DNA of 50,823 nucleotides from a virus. Taxonomy: Duplodnaviria > Caudoviricetes. The notes under the pieces are model-generated. The model saw only the letters and a program-made list of their open reading frames with translations. It did not search any database and had not been told where the DNA came from. The stretch is taken from positions 1 to 50,823 of the IMG/VR virus record IMGVR_UViG_3300010005_000035. One strand, given 5' to 3'. Positions 29,420 to 38,765 of this stretch are shown here, piece after piece (positions within the stretch are counted from its first letter, which is position 1; every line of letters starts with the position of its first letter). The position numbers were made by a program, and so were the translations under genes.

Positions 29420-29664
29420 CGATGGCGATGGCTTTCGATACCCTCGGCTACGCAAAGGCGCTGAAGGCTGGCGGCGTAAAGGCCGCTGATGCCGAGGCGA
29501 TGGCGGAAGCTGCGCGGGACTTCATCATGAAGGAAATCGCCACTCGCGAAGACCTGCGGCAGGCGCTGGAAACCCAGACGCTGCGCCTTACGGTTCGCAT
29601 GGGCGCCATGATGGCCGCGACCGCTGGCTTGCTCTTCGCCGCGCTGCGCTTTTTCCCCCACTAA
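29416..29664 (+). CDS. DUF1640-like protein
   Basis: FDTLGYAKALKAGG...AEAMAEA...ATREDL plus C-terminal TM. Confidence 0.75.
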   Translation: MTMAMAFDTLGYAKALKAGGVKAADAEAMAEAARDFIMKEIATREDLRQALETQTLRLTVRMGAMMAATAGLLFAALRFFPH

Positions 29665-29806
29665 GCGACCGGCGCGGCTCCGGTCGCGCCCCTTCCCCTA
29701 CTCCGCATAGCTGACGCGCCGACCATGTCGGCCGCGTCTCTCGACCCATCACCCCACTGCACCGCGCTCGCCCTCGGCTCGAGCGCGAACGGGAAAGGAT
29801 TCTGTC

Positions 29807-30202
29807 ATGGCTAAGCTCACCGATGCCGGCGCGATCTACAATCAGCATGACGCCGCGTTCTCGCATGTCGCCGCATATGTCGTCATCGATCGGTGCACCG
29901 GCTCTTGCGTCGCCAAGGTCGCTATCAAGCGCAGCACATCGGGCTTGCGCACCACGGCCTTTGTACACTGGCTTGGCTCCCAGATGGCCAAGGGCGTAGC
30001 GAACGGCGGCGGGTACAACAAAGACAGCGCCAGCGTGGCGGCTGCTGCCCGCCGCATCCCGGATGACGTCACCGGCCGGGACGACAAGAGCGGCACCCAC
30101 AATGCCCGCGCCAAGTTCATCGATGCCGCCTCCTTGGATGGCGGGAAGCGCTGGGACGATGCCGTTCGCGATGCCGGCTTCTCGGTTTTTCAGGCCGTCT
30201 GA
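29807..30202 (+). CDS. Hypothetical phage protein
   Basis: AAAGGA RBS; ANGGGYNKDSA...AGFSVFQAV. Confidence 0.75.
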   Translation: MAKLTDAGAIYNQHDAAFSHVAAYVVIDRCTGSCVAKVAIKRSTSGLRTTAFVHWLGSQMAKGVANGGGYNKDSASVAAAARRIPDDVTGRDDKSGTHNARAKFIDAASLDGGKRWDDAVRDAGFSVFQAV

Positions 30203-30462
30203 TGACCGCGCGCACCCTCACCCCTGCCGCCGCCTATTCCATCGCTTCGGATTGGGGCTCCTACCTCAATAGCTCGGATCCCGGCGCGTGCCTGTACGGG
30301 TTCCGCGCTGGCGATGGCCGGCCCGTCTCGGAACAGCACCGGGCGCAGTGCTTGGCCTATCTCGACACGCTGCAGCCGACCCGCTGCGAAGAGCTGTTCG
30401 ATATCGACCGCCTGCGCCGGTATCTCGCGGTCGCGCCGCTCTGGTCGGAGGCGCGTCGATGA
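30202..30462 (+). CDS. Hypothetical phage protein
   Basis: TGATG coupling; 86 aa. Confidence 0.65.
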   Translation: MTARTLTPAAAYSIASDWGSYLNSSDPGACLYGFRAGDGRPVSEQHRAQCLAYLDTLQPTRCEELFDIDRLRRYLAVAPLWSEARR

Positions 30463-30614
30463 TCCGGCGCCCCTACGTCCCGCCGTCGCTTTATCCGTGG
30501 CGCGTCGACCGGATCGGCGCGGCCTTCCTGAAAGCGGTTGTGCTCTTCGCCTGCCTTGGCGCGTTCGGCGCCGGGTTCCCGCTCCTTCTAGCTCTCGTTC
30601 TTGGAAAGGTCTGA
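30459..30614 (+). CDS. Small TM protein
   Basis: GGAGG RBS, ATGA overlap, hydrophobic C-terminal half. Confidence 0.5.
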   Translation: MIRRPYVPPSLYPWRVDRIGAAFLKAVVLFACLGAFGAGFPLLLALVLGKV

Positions 30615-30617
30615 TCC

Positions 30618-30722
30618 ATGATTGACCTGCTGGTGATGCTCTAGGCCTGGCTGGAGCGCGAGCGCGAAGCTCGCATACCCTATACCGAGGAATGGTGCCG
30701 GCGGCGCGGGATCAGGTTCTGA
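30618..30722 (+). pseudogene. Small ORF interrupted by an in-frame TAG
   Basis: MIDLLVML*AWLEREREARIPYTEEWCRRRGIRF; TAG at 30642; AAAGG RBS. Confidence 0.4.
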
Positions 30723-30724
30723 TC

Positions 30725-30984
30725 ATGGCCAGCGAGCCGCGCCCCAGCCTGCACTTTTTGGGCTTCCGAGATGACCGCTGGTGGAACGCCGTGCGCGTAT
30801 TCGACGGCCCGACTTCGTCCACCCGAAATGGGATTTGCGCGCTCGGCGGGAAATTGCAGATGGGGATATCGTGGTTTTCGCAACCGGGAATGAGACGCAG
30901 CCAGTTGCGCGCCACAACGCTCCGGATTTCATTGAAGGTAGTGATGGCAGGGCGGAAGTAGATGGATTGGCTCCAAGCGATTGA
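30725..30984 (+). pseudogene. Frameshifted phage hypothetical gene
   Basis: HFLGFRDDRWWNAVRVF continues as RPDFVHPKWDLRARREIADGDIVVFATG in another frame; adding one base at ~30803 restores VFGRPDF. Confidence 0.6.
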
Positions 30985-31528
30985 GAAACTCGTTCAGAGC
31001 GTCAGCAAATTCGCGTGGCCCTTGTTTCTCGCCGGCGCAGCCTTATTGGCGGCTCGCTTTTACAAGCAATGGCCCGGGACAGAAATACAAGATCGTGAAG
31101 CAGCATGGCTAGTTATGGCGACAACTCTCGCAGGAACCTTTTGCCTTATTGGCGTTGTCCAGAAGATGGGATCGTGGGCTTCGAATCGCCTAAAACGCGC
31201 CAGCAACAACATGCGCCGCGGCCGTCATCTGCGGAGCGCTCCAAATCGAATTCGAGAGCTAAACTCTTTAGAGACAGCTTCTCTGATTTGGCTAGTTCGG
31301 CACGGCTATTCGAGAGTTGAAGGCAAATTAGGGGACAGGCCATTCAGCGGACTAGTGGACAAAGGATTCTTGATTTCGAGTCATAGCGACGAAGATTTCT
31401 ATTCTGCGCAATTCTTCGATTTGAATCCTTGGATGCTGGCAAAGAAGGACGAGCTATTGGGGTTGTTGTCGCGTCCGGATTTGAAAGAGATGACGGACGA
31501 TAATCGGCAGCCGCCTTGGGAATTCTAG
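30962..31528 (+). CDS. SieB-like superinfection exclusion membrane protein
   Basis: Visibly lower GC; two TMs, basic linker, then a winged-helix-like LNSLETASLIWL...LVDKGFL. Confidence 0.55.
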   Translation: MDWLQAIEKLVQSVSKFAWPLFLAGAALLAARFYKQWPGTEIQDREAAWLVMATTLAGTFCLIGVVQKMGSWASNRLKRASNNMRRGRHLRSAPNRIRELNSLETASLIWLVRHGYSRVEGKLGDRPFSGLVDKGFLISSHSDEDFYSAQFFDLNPWMLAKKDELLGLLSRPDLKEMTDDNRQPPWEF

Positions 31529-31551
31529 CAATCTTGCAGGAGAGAGTGAGC

Positions 31552-31950
31552 ATGACCGCTTATGCCCCGCATCAGCTTCTCATTGCGCTCGGTAACGCAC
31601 GCCGGCACGCGTGGCGCATCAAGAAGACAGTGCACGTCGTTGAGAATGATGGGCTGTTGGTGTGGCTGCGAGGCCCGCTCGTAACGGTCGAGACGGTGAA
31701 GCCCCACCATACCGTGGTGATCCGAGACGTTCACCCGGCGCCGATGCCGAGCGAGATGGTGGACACCTATTGCCGGGCCGCTCTGCACGATCCGGTGCGG
31801 ACCGCCCATGTCGCGGACGTGCTGCGGGAGATCGGCGGCATTGGGCGAAACGAGCCGTTCGATGTCGAGGCGCGAGCGCTGATGCTCTGGGATCTCGCGG
31901 AACACCTTGAAGAGGTCGAGCGCTGGCGCGAGCGCGGCGCGGCGGCCTGA
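31552..31950 (+). CDS. Hypothetical protein
   Basis: AGGAG RBS; 132 aa. Confidence 0.6.
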   Translation: MTAYAPHQLLIALGNARRHAWRIKKTVHVVENDGLLVWLRGPLVTVETVKPHHTVVIRDVHPAPMPSEMVDTYCRAALHDPVRTAHVADVLREIGGIGRNEPFDVEARALMLWDLAEHLEEVERWRERGAAA

Positions 31951-32007
31951 TCGCCAGCCCCTCCTTTCCCCGGACGCCGGAATCGACCACAACCAGAGGA
32001 GACCCGA

Positions 32008-32283
32008 TTGCTGGACACCGTGAAGCCCGTGGCGAAGCGATACGAATACGAGAGGATGACTGGCGAGCAGCTCTCCGCTGCGCTGGCACAGCTCGGCATC
32101 ACCATGCGCGAATTCGCCAAGCTGACCGGGTCAAAGCCTGAGCGCGTCCAGTCTTGGCTCGACGGGACAGATAATATCCCGCAATCGGCGGCGCTGGCGG
32201 CCGTGCTGCTGACCGTGCCTGGCGCGCTCCAACTGGCGCGGACCTATACCGATTCCGTCGCCCGCGACACGCGGTCCGGCTGA
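32008..32283 (+). CDS. Small HTH protein
   Basis: MTGEQLSAALAQLGITMREFAKLTGSKPERVQSWLDGTDNIP. Confidence 0.8.
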   Translation: MLDTVKPVAKRYEYERMTGEQLSAALAQLGITMREFAKLTGSKPERVQSWLDGTDNIPQSAALAAVLLTVPGALQLARTYTDSVARDTRSG

Positions 32284-33236
32284 TGCTGACACTTAAAACC
32301 AAGGCTGATCTGGAAGCGCTTATAGCAGAGGGCGAGCGTGAAAGCCTGACGCTCGAATTTAAGGCCGGAGCCGCACTCGCGAACGAGAAGAAGGGCGAGA
32401 TCGGCAAGGACGTATCCGCGATGGCCAATGCTGCGGGCGGCCAGATCATCTATGGCATCAAGGAGCGCGATCACGTCGCTGCAGAGCTCCAGCCTGTCGA
32501 CGTGAGGCGCTTCAATCACGAGTGGCTGGAGAAGGTCATCCGGAACAACATCTCTCCGGCGGTTGAGGGCGTCACGATCGATATGATCGACGTCGGGCCT
32601 GAGCCATCCGATGTGGCATTCGTTGTGTCTATCCCTCCGGCTACCGTGCTCGCTCCGCATCAGGCCAAGAGTGATCTAAAATACTATAGGCGCCATAATT
32701 TTATGGCCGATCCGATGGCCGACTATGAGATCAGGGAAGCAATGCGCCGCGTGGCCACTCCTCAATTGACCTGCAAATACACAGCATCGAGACCATTGCT
32801 AAATCATTATACCCCTCATGAGATATGCAGCCTCTCTATTGAGCTTTCGAATCGATCGCCTGAGCCTGCACTTTACGTCGCAGTATCTTTCTATCTTGAT
32901 GCCAGGATGAAAGCTGATGGGCTGCCTCGCGGCTTTACCCAAGCAAATGCGGTCGAACACCCCAACGGCCTACCTCTGTGCAGCTATTCTTTCCACATCT
33001 CGGCTCCGCGCGATTTCCCGGTATTTCGCGAGATATCACAGCAGATCGCCGATTTTAGATTTGAGATACCTGCTGACTATAAAGGCGCAAAGATCGCTTT
33101 TGGGCATCGCATCGCCTGTCCCGGATATACGGAGGCGATGCTATTCGACGTCGTCCGAGATCAACGACGCAGCCGTAGCGGCTTTCTCGTAGAGTTTAAC
33201 CAGGATGCTACAGCGCAATGGCGCTTAGCTCACTGA
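32283..33236 (+). CDS. Schlafen/AlbA_2 domain protein with beta-sandwich-like C-terminus
   Basis: ERESLTLEFK, KDVSAMANAAGGQIIYGIKE, PHQ...YYRR; lower-GC 3' half. Confidence 0.85.
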   Translation: MLTLKTKADLEALIAEGERESLTLEFKAGAALANEKKGEIGKDVSAMANAAGGQIIYGIKERDHVAAELQPVDVRRFNHEWLEKVIRNNISPAVEGVTIDMIDVGPEPSDVAFVVSIPPATVLAPHQAKSDLKYYRRHNFMADPMADYEIREAMRRVATPQLTCKYTASRPLLNHYTPHEICSLSIELSNRSPEPALYVAVSFYLDARMKADGLPRGFTQANAVEHPNGLPLCSYSFHISAPRDFPVFREISQQIADFRFEIPADYKGAKIAFGHRIACPGYTEAMLFDVVRDQRRSRSGFLVEFNQDATAQWRLAH

Positions 33237-34397
33237 GCGCCGACACCTGCGGACATAGTGCGCCCTGACAGCCTCTCTCTCCAGGGTTAGTGCTCGGGAA
33301 TACGCCAGGTCCAGATCGCCGCCTGGCCGGCGCGTTCTGATACCTGATGGCGCCATATGCCGGCAGATTGCGACCTCTTCCAGCGCTTCGTTAAGGAAGC
33401 GGACCGGCGAGCCGACCGCCGCCGGCAGCTCCAGCCGCGCCAGCGGGCGATCGAGCCTGACGACATGGTCCAGCACCCGCCACCTCCATTCCGCTGTACC
33501 ATCGGGCCGGAACGCCGCGAGGACGTGCTCCTTCACCATGGTTTCGATCTTGAGCGCGTCGACGGAGGATTCCGCACCGTTACCGCCGCTGGAGCCATCG
33601 ACATGGTCGCGAGTTGGATCGAAGCCGCGCACGCCGCCGGCGCCGATGCGATCGAACAGTGCGGAGAGCCATACCCCGGCTTGGAGGCAGTATTCGTCGA
33701 TTCCGCCGGCGCTCGCCTCGGCGTGAAGTGCTGACGCATTCGGGTTCCAGATCCGCTCGCCGCCGCCGCGGAGCTTCTGCGTCATGCGGACGCTCTCCGG
33801 CTTTAGGGAGAGCATGGCCTGCAGATGCTTCCAAAGGCCGGCCGTGGGGCTGCGGGCTGCCCAGTGCGCGACGAAGCCCTTCATGCCGCCGGGCGTCTTG
33901 TGGAACAGCTCAGCGAGCCGGCGCAGGCGTGCGTCGCTCTTGCGGACCGCTTCCAACCTGCCAGCGGTGACGACCCGGTTGATCGGGCCGCGCCGCTTGC
34001 CCTCACCGATCGCGTCATTGATTTGGTCGACGGTCTGGCCGCACAGGTACATCACGGACGTCTGCCAGCGCTCGAGTTCGCGGAGCTTGCTCTTGCGGGC
34101 CTTCATCTCGAATTGAATCGAGGCGATCTCTGCCTGGCGCTTCGCCTCGCCGGCAGCGTCTCGATTCTGGATACTCGCTTCCCGCGCCTTCCGGTCCCGC
34201 TCACGACGCGCGGAGCGACCGGCCGCAGCGCTCTTCGCCACGCTGTTGCGTTTGCAGCCGCGCGAGCATCCGCCGACGCAGGGCAGCTTGTAGGCTGCGG
34301 CGCATTTCTGCTGACGCGCAGCGAGGCGATCGGCCTTCGCCTGCGCCTTGGCAGCGGCCTCTACTTCCCGCTCTTCCTTCGATCGATGCTTGCCCAC
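33225..34397 (-). CDS. Putative late transcription regulator (Q position)
   Basis: Last gene of the middle operon; C-terminal QAGVWLSALF...DHVDGS...VLDHVV resembles alphaproteobacterial Q-position proteins. Confidence 0.45.
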   Translation of the reverse strand: MGKHRSKEEREVEAAAKAQAKADRLAARQQKCAAAYKLPCVGGCSRGCKRNSVAKSAAAGRSARRERDRKAREASIQNRDAAGEAKRQAEIASIQFEMKARKSKLRELERWQTSVMYLCGQTVDQINDAIGEGKRRGPINRVVTAGRLEAVRKSDARLRRLAELFHKTPGGMKGFVAHWAARSPTAGLWKHLQAMLSLKPESVRMTQKLRGGGERIWNPNASALHAEASAGGIDEYCLQAGVWLSALFDRIGAGGVRGFDPTRDHVDGSSGGNGAESSVDALKIETMVKEHVLAAFRPDGTAEWRWRVLDHVVRLDRPLARLELPAAVGSPVRFLNEALEEVAICRHMAPSGIRTRRPGGDLDLAYSRALTLEREAVRAHYVRRCRRSVS

Positions 34398-34474
34398 GGC
34401 GCCGCTCCTGATGGCATCGGCCGGCAGCGCTGTGGCTACCGGCCGTGGTCTACTTCTCGCTCTCCAGCGACCGC

Positions 34475-34750
34475 TCAGGCCGCCAGCGCGCGCTTCAGCT
34501 CGGCCGCGGGCTTGAAGGCCGGAACGTTCTTCGCCGGCACCTCGACCGTGCCGCCGGTCGCAGGGTTGCGGGTGGTGCGCGCCGCGCGATGCTTCGCCAC
34601 GAACTTGCCGGCACCGGGGATGGTGATCTCGCCGCCGTCCTTCAGCGTGGTCGTGATCGCGACGCCGAGGTTCTTGAGCAGGTCGGTGGCCTGCGCCTTC
34701 TTGATGCCGACGCTGTCGGCGAGGGTCTGTGCGAGTTCGGATGCTTTCAC
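34475..34750 (-). CDS. HU-family DNA-binding protein
   Basis: ITIPGAGKF...RAARTTRNPATGGTVEVPAKNVPAFKPAAELK. Confidence 0.93.
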   Translation of the reverse strand: MKASELAQTLADSVGIKKAQATDLLKNLGVAITTTLKDGGEITIPGAGKFVAKHRAARTTRNPATGGTVEVPAKNVPAFKPAAELKRALAA

Positions 34751-34799
34751 GGGTGCTCTCCTATGTTGACGGGCCGCGACATGCGGTCCCGATCTGCCC

Positions 34800-35102
34800 T
34801 CAGCGGGCGGATTCCATGCGGCGGTGCCGGCCTTGGCCGACGGCGCGATAAGTGAGGGCGCGGCGAGTCAGCGGTGCCCTGCCCTGCTCCTCGGCGGCAT
34901 CCTTGGCGCGCGCCGCGGCTAGCTCGGCTTCGACCTGCGTCGGGAAGACCTGCGCAACTGGCTTGCCGTTCTCACGCGTTACGACGCCTTCCTGGATGAG
35001 CGTTCGGTAGCCGACGCCAGGTGCTATGAACCACGCGGTCCAGCCCTCTCGGCTGCGCAGCGGCACAGCGCCGAAGTCGCGGGTTTGAGCCGTATTCCTC
35101 AT
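34800..35102 (-). CDS. Hypothetical protein
   Basis: ATGA overlap with the initiator stop; 100 aa. Confidence 0.6.
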   Translation of the reverse strand: MRNTAQTRDFGAVPLRSREGWTAWFIAPGVGYRTLIQEGVVTRENGKPVAQVFPTQVEAELAAARAKDAAEEQGRAPLTRRALTYRAVGQGRHRRMESAR

Positions 35103-35983
35103 GCTGCTGGTCTCTCGAGGTTGAATTCGCGGAGGATGTGTTTCGGGCAGATGACCTGGAATCCGGGGGTTTCCGGGTGGTTGCCCCAGTGCCCATTCCA
35201 CTCGCCGGTCTCTCGCCAGCGCTTGAGCTTGCGCCGCCATTGAGCGTCTTCGTCGACCGGAAGAGGTGGCGGAGTTGTTGGGGCCAATGACTGGGCTGGC
35301 CCCCAAGACGGGTCGAAGCCGCGCCAGCCCCGCTCGATCATCAGATCGGCTGCCGAATTGGGATCTGAGGACTTGCCGAGGCTCTTCGCTAGCAGCTTGG
35401 CGGCATGAGCGCCGAGCGGGGCTTTGATCCGCTTCCGGTGATCGACGATGGCTTGTGCCCGCTCCGGGCTGACGACGGCTGTGAGCTCTTCCATGACGAG
35501 CTGCCGCTCTGGCTTTGCCTTTTCGCCATCATCACGCGCCCTCGCGCTCCGAAGAGACGAAGTCTCTGAGGATATAATTGGTTCTGGTTCTGGAACGGGC
35601 GCGTGATGCTGAGGCAATTGCTTGGCACTTGCTAAGGCCTCATCGTTGTTTTTCAAAGACTTGGCTTTTCCGCCAGCCGCGCCGGATGCGCTCCGTTTCG
35701 CCGATATCGAAGAGGCTTTTTGGTGCTCCCGTTCGAGCCGTTTCTGCGTGATCTCGCCGTCGACGATCTCGAAGAATGGCATCAAGTCATCGGCGAGCAG
35801 GTGCCAGCGGCGGGGGCTAACGCGCGCGATCCGAGCGAGCTTAGAAGGGTCGTGGGGGAGCCGCCCCCCGGAGCGCCACATCGCCATGAGCAGCAGCAGA
35901 TATGCCCCATGCTGCTCGGTGGTCAGGTGCTGCGTGTCACCCAAATAATCAGCGATGTAGAGCTGCATGTATGGAGCGCTCAT
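35099..35983 (-). CDS. Replication initiator, DUF1376/YdaU family
   Basis: PYMQLYIADYLGDTQHLTTEQHGAYLLLLMAMW...QKRLERE; C-terminal MIERGWRGF. Confidence 0.88.
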   Translation of the reverse strand: MSAPYMQLYIADYLGDTQHLTTEQHGAYLLLLMAMWRSGGRLPHDPSKLARIARVSPRRWHLLADDLMPFFEIVDGEITQKRLEREHQKASSISAKRSASGAAGGKAKSLKNNDEALASAKQLPQHHAPVPEPEPIISSETSSLRSARARDDGEKAKPERQLVMEELTAVVSPERAQAIVDHRKRIKAPLGAHAAKLLAKSLGKSSDPNSAADLMIERGWRGFDPSWGPAQSLAPTTPPPLPVDEDAQWRRKLKRWRETGEWNGHWGNHPETPGFQVICPKHILREFNLERPAA

Positions 35984-37410
35984 CGGCCGCCCCCGAAACG
36001 CGCGGCGACAATTGAGCGGCCAGGATCGCACCACAGGTTGACGCGGCCAGTCTGACCCTGCCGGCTCTTTTCGACGCCTACCTCCAAATCGTTCTTGATC
36101 GCGTCGGCCTGCTCTTGAGCGACTTCGTCACCGCGGCGGTAGGCCTCTGTGCGGGTGGCGTAATAGTGCTCGCGATAGAGCATCAGGACGGCGTCAGCTG
36201 CCTCCTCGATCTCGCCCGAGGCGCGGAGGTCAGACAGGTTCGGGCGCTTGTCGTCGCGTTGCTCAACGGCTCGGGCGAGCTGGCAACACAGCATGACCGT
36301 GCAGTCGAGGCTCTTCGCCATGACCTTGGACGCGTTGGCGATCTCGCCGAGCTCATTGACCTTGTTGCCCTGGTACCGCCCCGAGGGCTTCACCAGCATG
36401 GCGTGGTCGACAATGGCTAGGCGGAGCCGCTTGCCCTGCTTGTCGAGCCGGTCGGCATACTTCCTGCCCTCGACGAGTATATCCGCCATGCTGAGGGCTG
36501 GCGTGTCGTCGAGATGGAGTGGCTCCTTCTTCGACTCGTGGGCGGCCCAGAGATAGCTCTCAAGTTCGTTCTCGGTGGCGTGTCCCGAGAGCACGTTGCC
36601 GTAGGTCGGGCCCTTGCCGCCGAGGCGCTCGCAGATGATGCGGGCAGCGATCTCCTTCGACGGGACCTCAAGCGAGAAATAGAGCGCGCCGTCCCCGCGC
36701 CGGCACATCTTGGAGGCGAGTGCCGCCCCCATCATCGTCTTGCCCTGCCCGGTCCGACCGGCAAGGACATAGAGAGCTCCTGGTGCCAGCCCGCGCAATG
36801 GGAGGTGGCGGTCGAGATCCTCGATACCGGTAGATGGTGGGCGGTCAATCTCGCCGCGGAGCATGGCCTCGGCTTCACGGCCGACTTGCTCGGCGATCGT
36901 CGATAGGCTGCCTCGGTTTGAACGACGCTGGTCGTTCGTCGCGTCGCGTAGCGCGTCGACGGATTCGATCAAGCCCCGGGCTAGTGCCGAGACATCTGCC
37001 GTGGCAATTTTGCTCCGGGCACCATCGGCTGCATCGAAAATCCGCCTCACAACCCAGGCACTGCGTATGATCTTCGCATAGTCCGGGAGCGAACTTGCCG
37101 GAGCGGCGAGCGCTGCCATGCGGGCCATCAGAGCATTGATCGAACCCCCCTCGCCCATCAGGACCGAGGCACCACCCTGGACGACAGTCCGGAAATCGAC
37201 CACGCCGCCGCTGGAGACGGTATCGATGATGCGGCGGAACAACGCTCCAGCTGAGATATCGCCGAAGTGCTCCTCCTGAAGCCCGGCGAGCATCACATTG
37301 CTGATCGCCGATGGCGCCATCAGCATGCCGCCGATCAGCGCCATCTCCGTTTCGGAGATTTCACGAAACCAATCCTGGAAGTGGCCCGGGCCGAGAGCGT
37401 TCATGCTCAA
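35980..37410 (-). CDS. dnaB: DnaB-like replicative helicase
   Basis: AGRTGQGKT, FSLEV, IVDH, QLARAVEQRDDKRPNLSDLRASGEIEEAAD, KSRQG. Confidence 0.95.
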   Translation of the reverse strand: MSMNALGPGHFQDWFREISETEMALIGGMLMAPSAISNVMLAGLQEEHFGDISAGALFRRIIDTVSSGGVVDFRTVVQGGASVLMGEGGSINALMARMAALAAPASSLPDYAKIIRSAWVVRRIFDAADGARSKIATADVSALARGLIESVDALRDATNDQRRSNRGSLSTIAEQVGREAEAMLRGEIDRPPSTGIEDLDRHLPLRGLAPGALYVLAGRTGQGKTMMGAALASKMCRRGDGALYFSLEVPSKEIAARIICERLGGKGPTYGNVLSGHATENELESYLWAAHESKKEPLHLDDTPALSMADILVEGRKYADRLDKQGKRLRLAIVDHAMLVKPSGRYQGNKVNELGEIANASKVMAKSLDCTVMLCCQLARAVEQRDDKRPNLSDLRASGEIEEAADAVLMLYREHYYATRTEAYRRGDEVAQEQADAIKNDLEVGVEKSRQGQTGRVNLWCDPGRSIVAARFGGGR

Positions 37411-37577
37411 CCCGCCTCGGAGAGCTTGAGGAACGTGGCCCAGGCACGGCCAGCGGCTATGCCGTCTTCTACGCGCCTGGAACGTTCCGCACGGTCGAGG
37501 GCCTGCAGATAGCCTTCCCAGGCGCGCTGCTGCTCAACGGTCGACGCAGGCTTCGCTGGGACGAGAGAGAGAATCAT
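37407..37577 (-). CDS. Small hypothetical protein
   Basis: 56 aa read manually (...AWEGY...VEDGIAAGRAWATFL); coupled to both neighbours. Confidence 0.6.
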   Translation of the reverse strand: MILSLVPAKPASTVEQQRAWEGYLQALDRAERSRRVEDGIAAGRAWATFLKLSEAG

Positions 37578-37840
37578 CACGCCCTCGCCTGGAAATGGCC
37601 GACGAGAATGCCGACGAGCACCGGGACATCGAGCGGCGAGATTGCGCCGTTCTTCTGAACCCGGAGATAGACCTCTTCGAGCGCGAGCTCGGGGCTGGAG
37701 ATGCCGAGCGCGAAGTCGCGATTACGCGATGCCGGCACATCCCAGGAGACTTTTGCCTCCCCGCTGCCGCCAGATCGGGCGAGAAGCGCGAGTCCCCAGC
37801 CGAGAGCACCGCTGTCGATGACGATGGGTGCGAGGCTCAT
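37577..37840 (-). CDS. Hypothetical protein
   Basis: GGAGG RBS; ATGA overlap. Confidence 0.55.
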   Translation of the reverse strand: MSLAPIVIDSGALGWGLALLARSGGSGEAKVSWDVPASRNRDFALGISSPELALEEVYLRVQKNGAISPLDVPVLVGILVGHFQARA

Positions 37841-38436
37841 GGCCGGCCTCCATCGCGATGAAGCCAGTCACCGGTCCAGCGGCCCTCGAAACCCTTGAGG
37901 AAGACGAGAATGCAGAAGTCCTGCTTGCCGCCCGAGGGGTCCTTGCCGGCCTCGAGCAGCCGCCGGTACTCGTGCCCAGGCGGCATCGATGGGCGAGGCG
38001 TCAGGTACCAGAGCCGGAACAGCGGCATACTCCGCAGCCACTTCCCCGCCGCGTTGAGCCGACGGGTCGGATAGACCATCGCGACCTTCGAGCGGGCCAG
38101 CCGGAGTGCATGGTGCGCGAACTCTTCGCCGAGTTCGAACGGCGGGTTGAAGGCGAAATTGTCGACCTCTTCGCAACTTTGCAGGAAGTTGCGCGTGGCC
38201 TTCAGTTGAGGAGCGCCGCGGTCGACAAGATCGTAGCCGACCGTGCGCAAACCGGCCGCCTCAGCACCGGCCAGCAAGTTGCCGAAACCGCAGCAAGGAT
38301 CACAGACCTCGCCCTCAAAGCGCTCGACCTCGAACAGGCGCCGGCCAGTCCAAAGCGGCTCGACATAGTGCTCGTGCTCCTCGCGACCCCAGATATGGGA
38401 GGCTTCGGGCCGGCGGTGCTGGACGACTTCGGTCAT
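37837..38436 (-). CDS. Orphan amino-DNA methyltransferase (N6A/N4C)
   Basis: Motif I DPCCGFG and motif IV NPPF. Confidence 0.8.
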   Translation of the reverse strand: MTEVVQHRRPEASHIWGREEHEHYVEPLWTGRRLFEVERFEGEVCDPCCGFGNLLAGAEAAGLRTVGYDLVDRGAPQLKATRNFLQSCEEVDNFAFNPPFELGEEFAHHALRLARSKVAMVYPTRRLNAAGKWLRSMPLFRLWYLTPRPSMPPGHEYRRLLEAGKDPSGGKQDFCILVFLKGFEGRWTGDWLHRDGGRP

Positions 38437-38765
38437 GCCGCGCTCCGAAGCTGGAGCAATGCAGCGCGGCGATTGAACTCGGTGCGGCTGATCTGGTGGG
38501 TGCGGCAGTAGCCAGAGATCATCAGCTCTAGTTCAGGTGCCAGATGATCGTGTTCTACGATCAACAGCGACCTAGAGGTTCTGGCCTCACGCTTGATGAA
38601 GCCGCGCTGCTCCAGCCGGTCGATCATGGCGTTGACGGCGCCGCGCGATTTGATGCCGAGGGCTTCCGCCATCTCGGCCCGGCTGGGGGCATATCCGTGC
38701 GCGCTGATGTAGCGACGGAGATAGGCAAGCGCCTGCGCCAGCCGCGGGGTGAGGCCCAAGGTCAT
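38433..38765 (-). CDS. LexA-type DNA-binding-domain protein (no peptidase domain)
   Basis: LTPR...YI..HGYAPSRAEMAEALGIKS...LEQRGFIKR...RSL. Confidence 0.85.
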   Translation of the reverse strand: MTLGLTPRLAQALAYLRRYISAHGYAPSRAEMAEALGIKSRGAVNAMIDRLEQRGFIKREARTSRSLLIVEHDHLAPELELMISGYCRTHQISRTEFNRRAALLQLRSAA

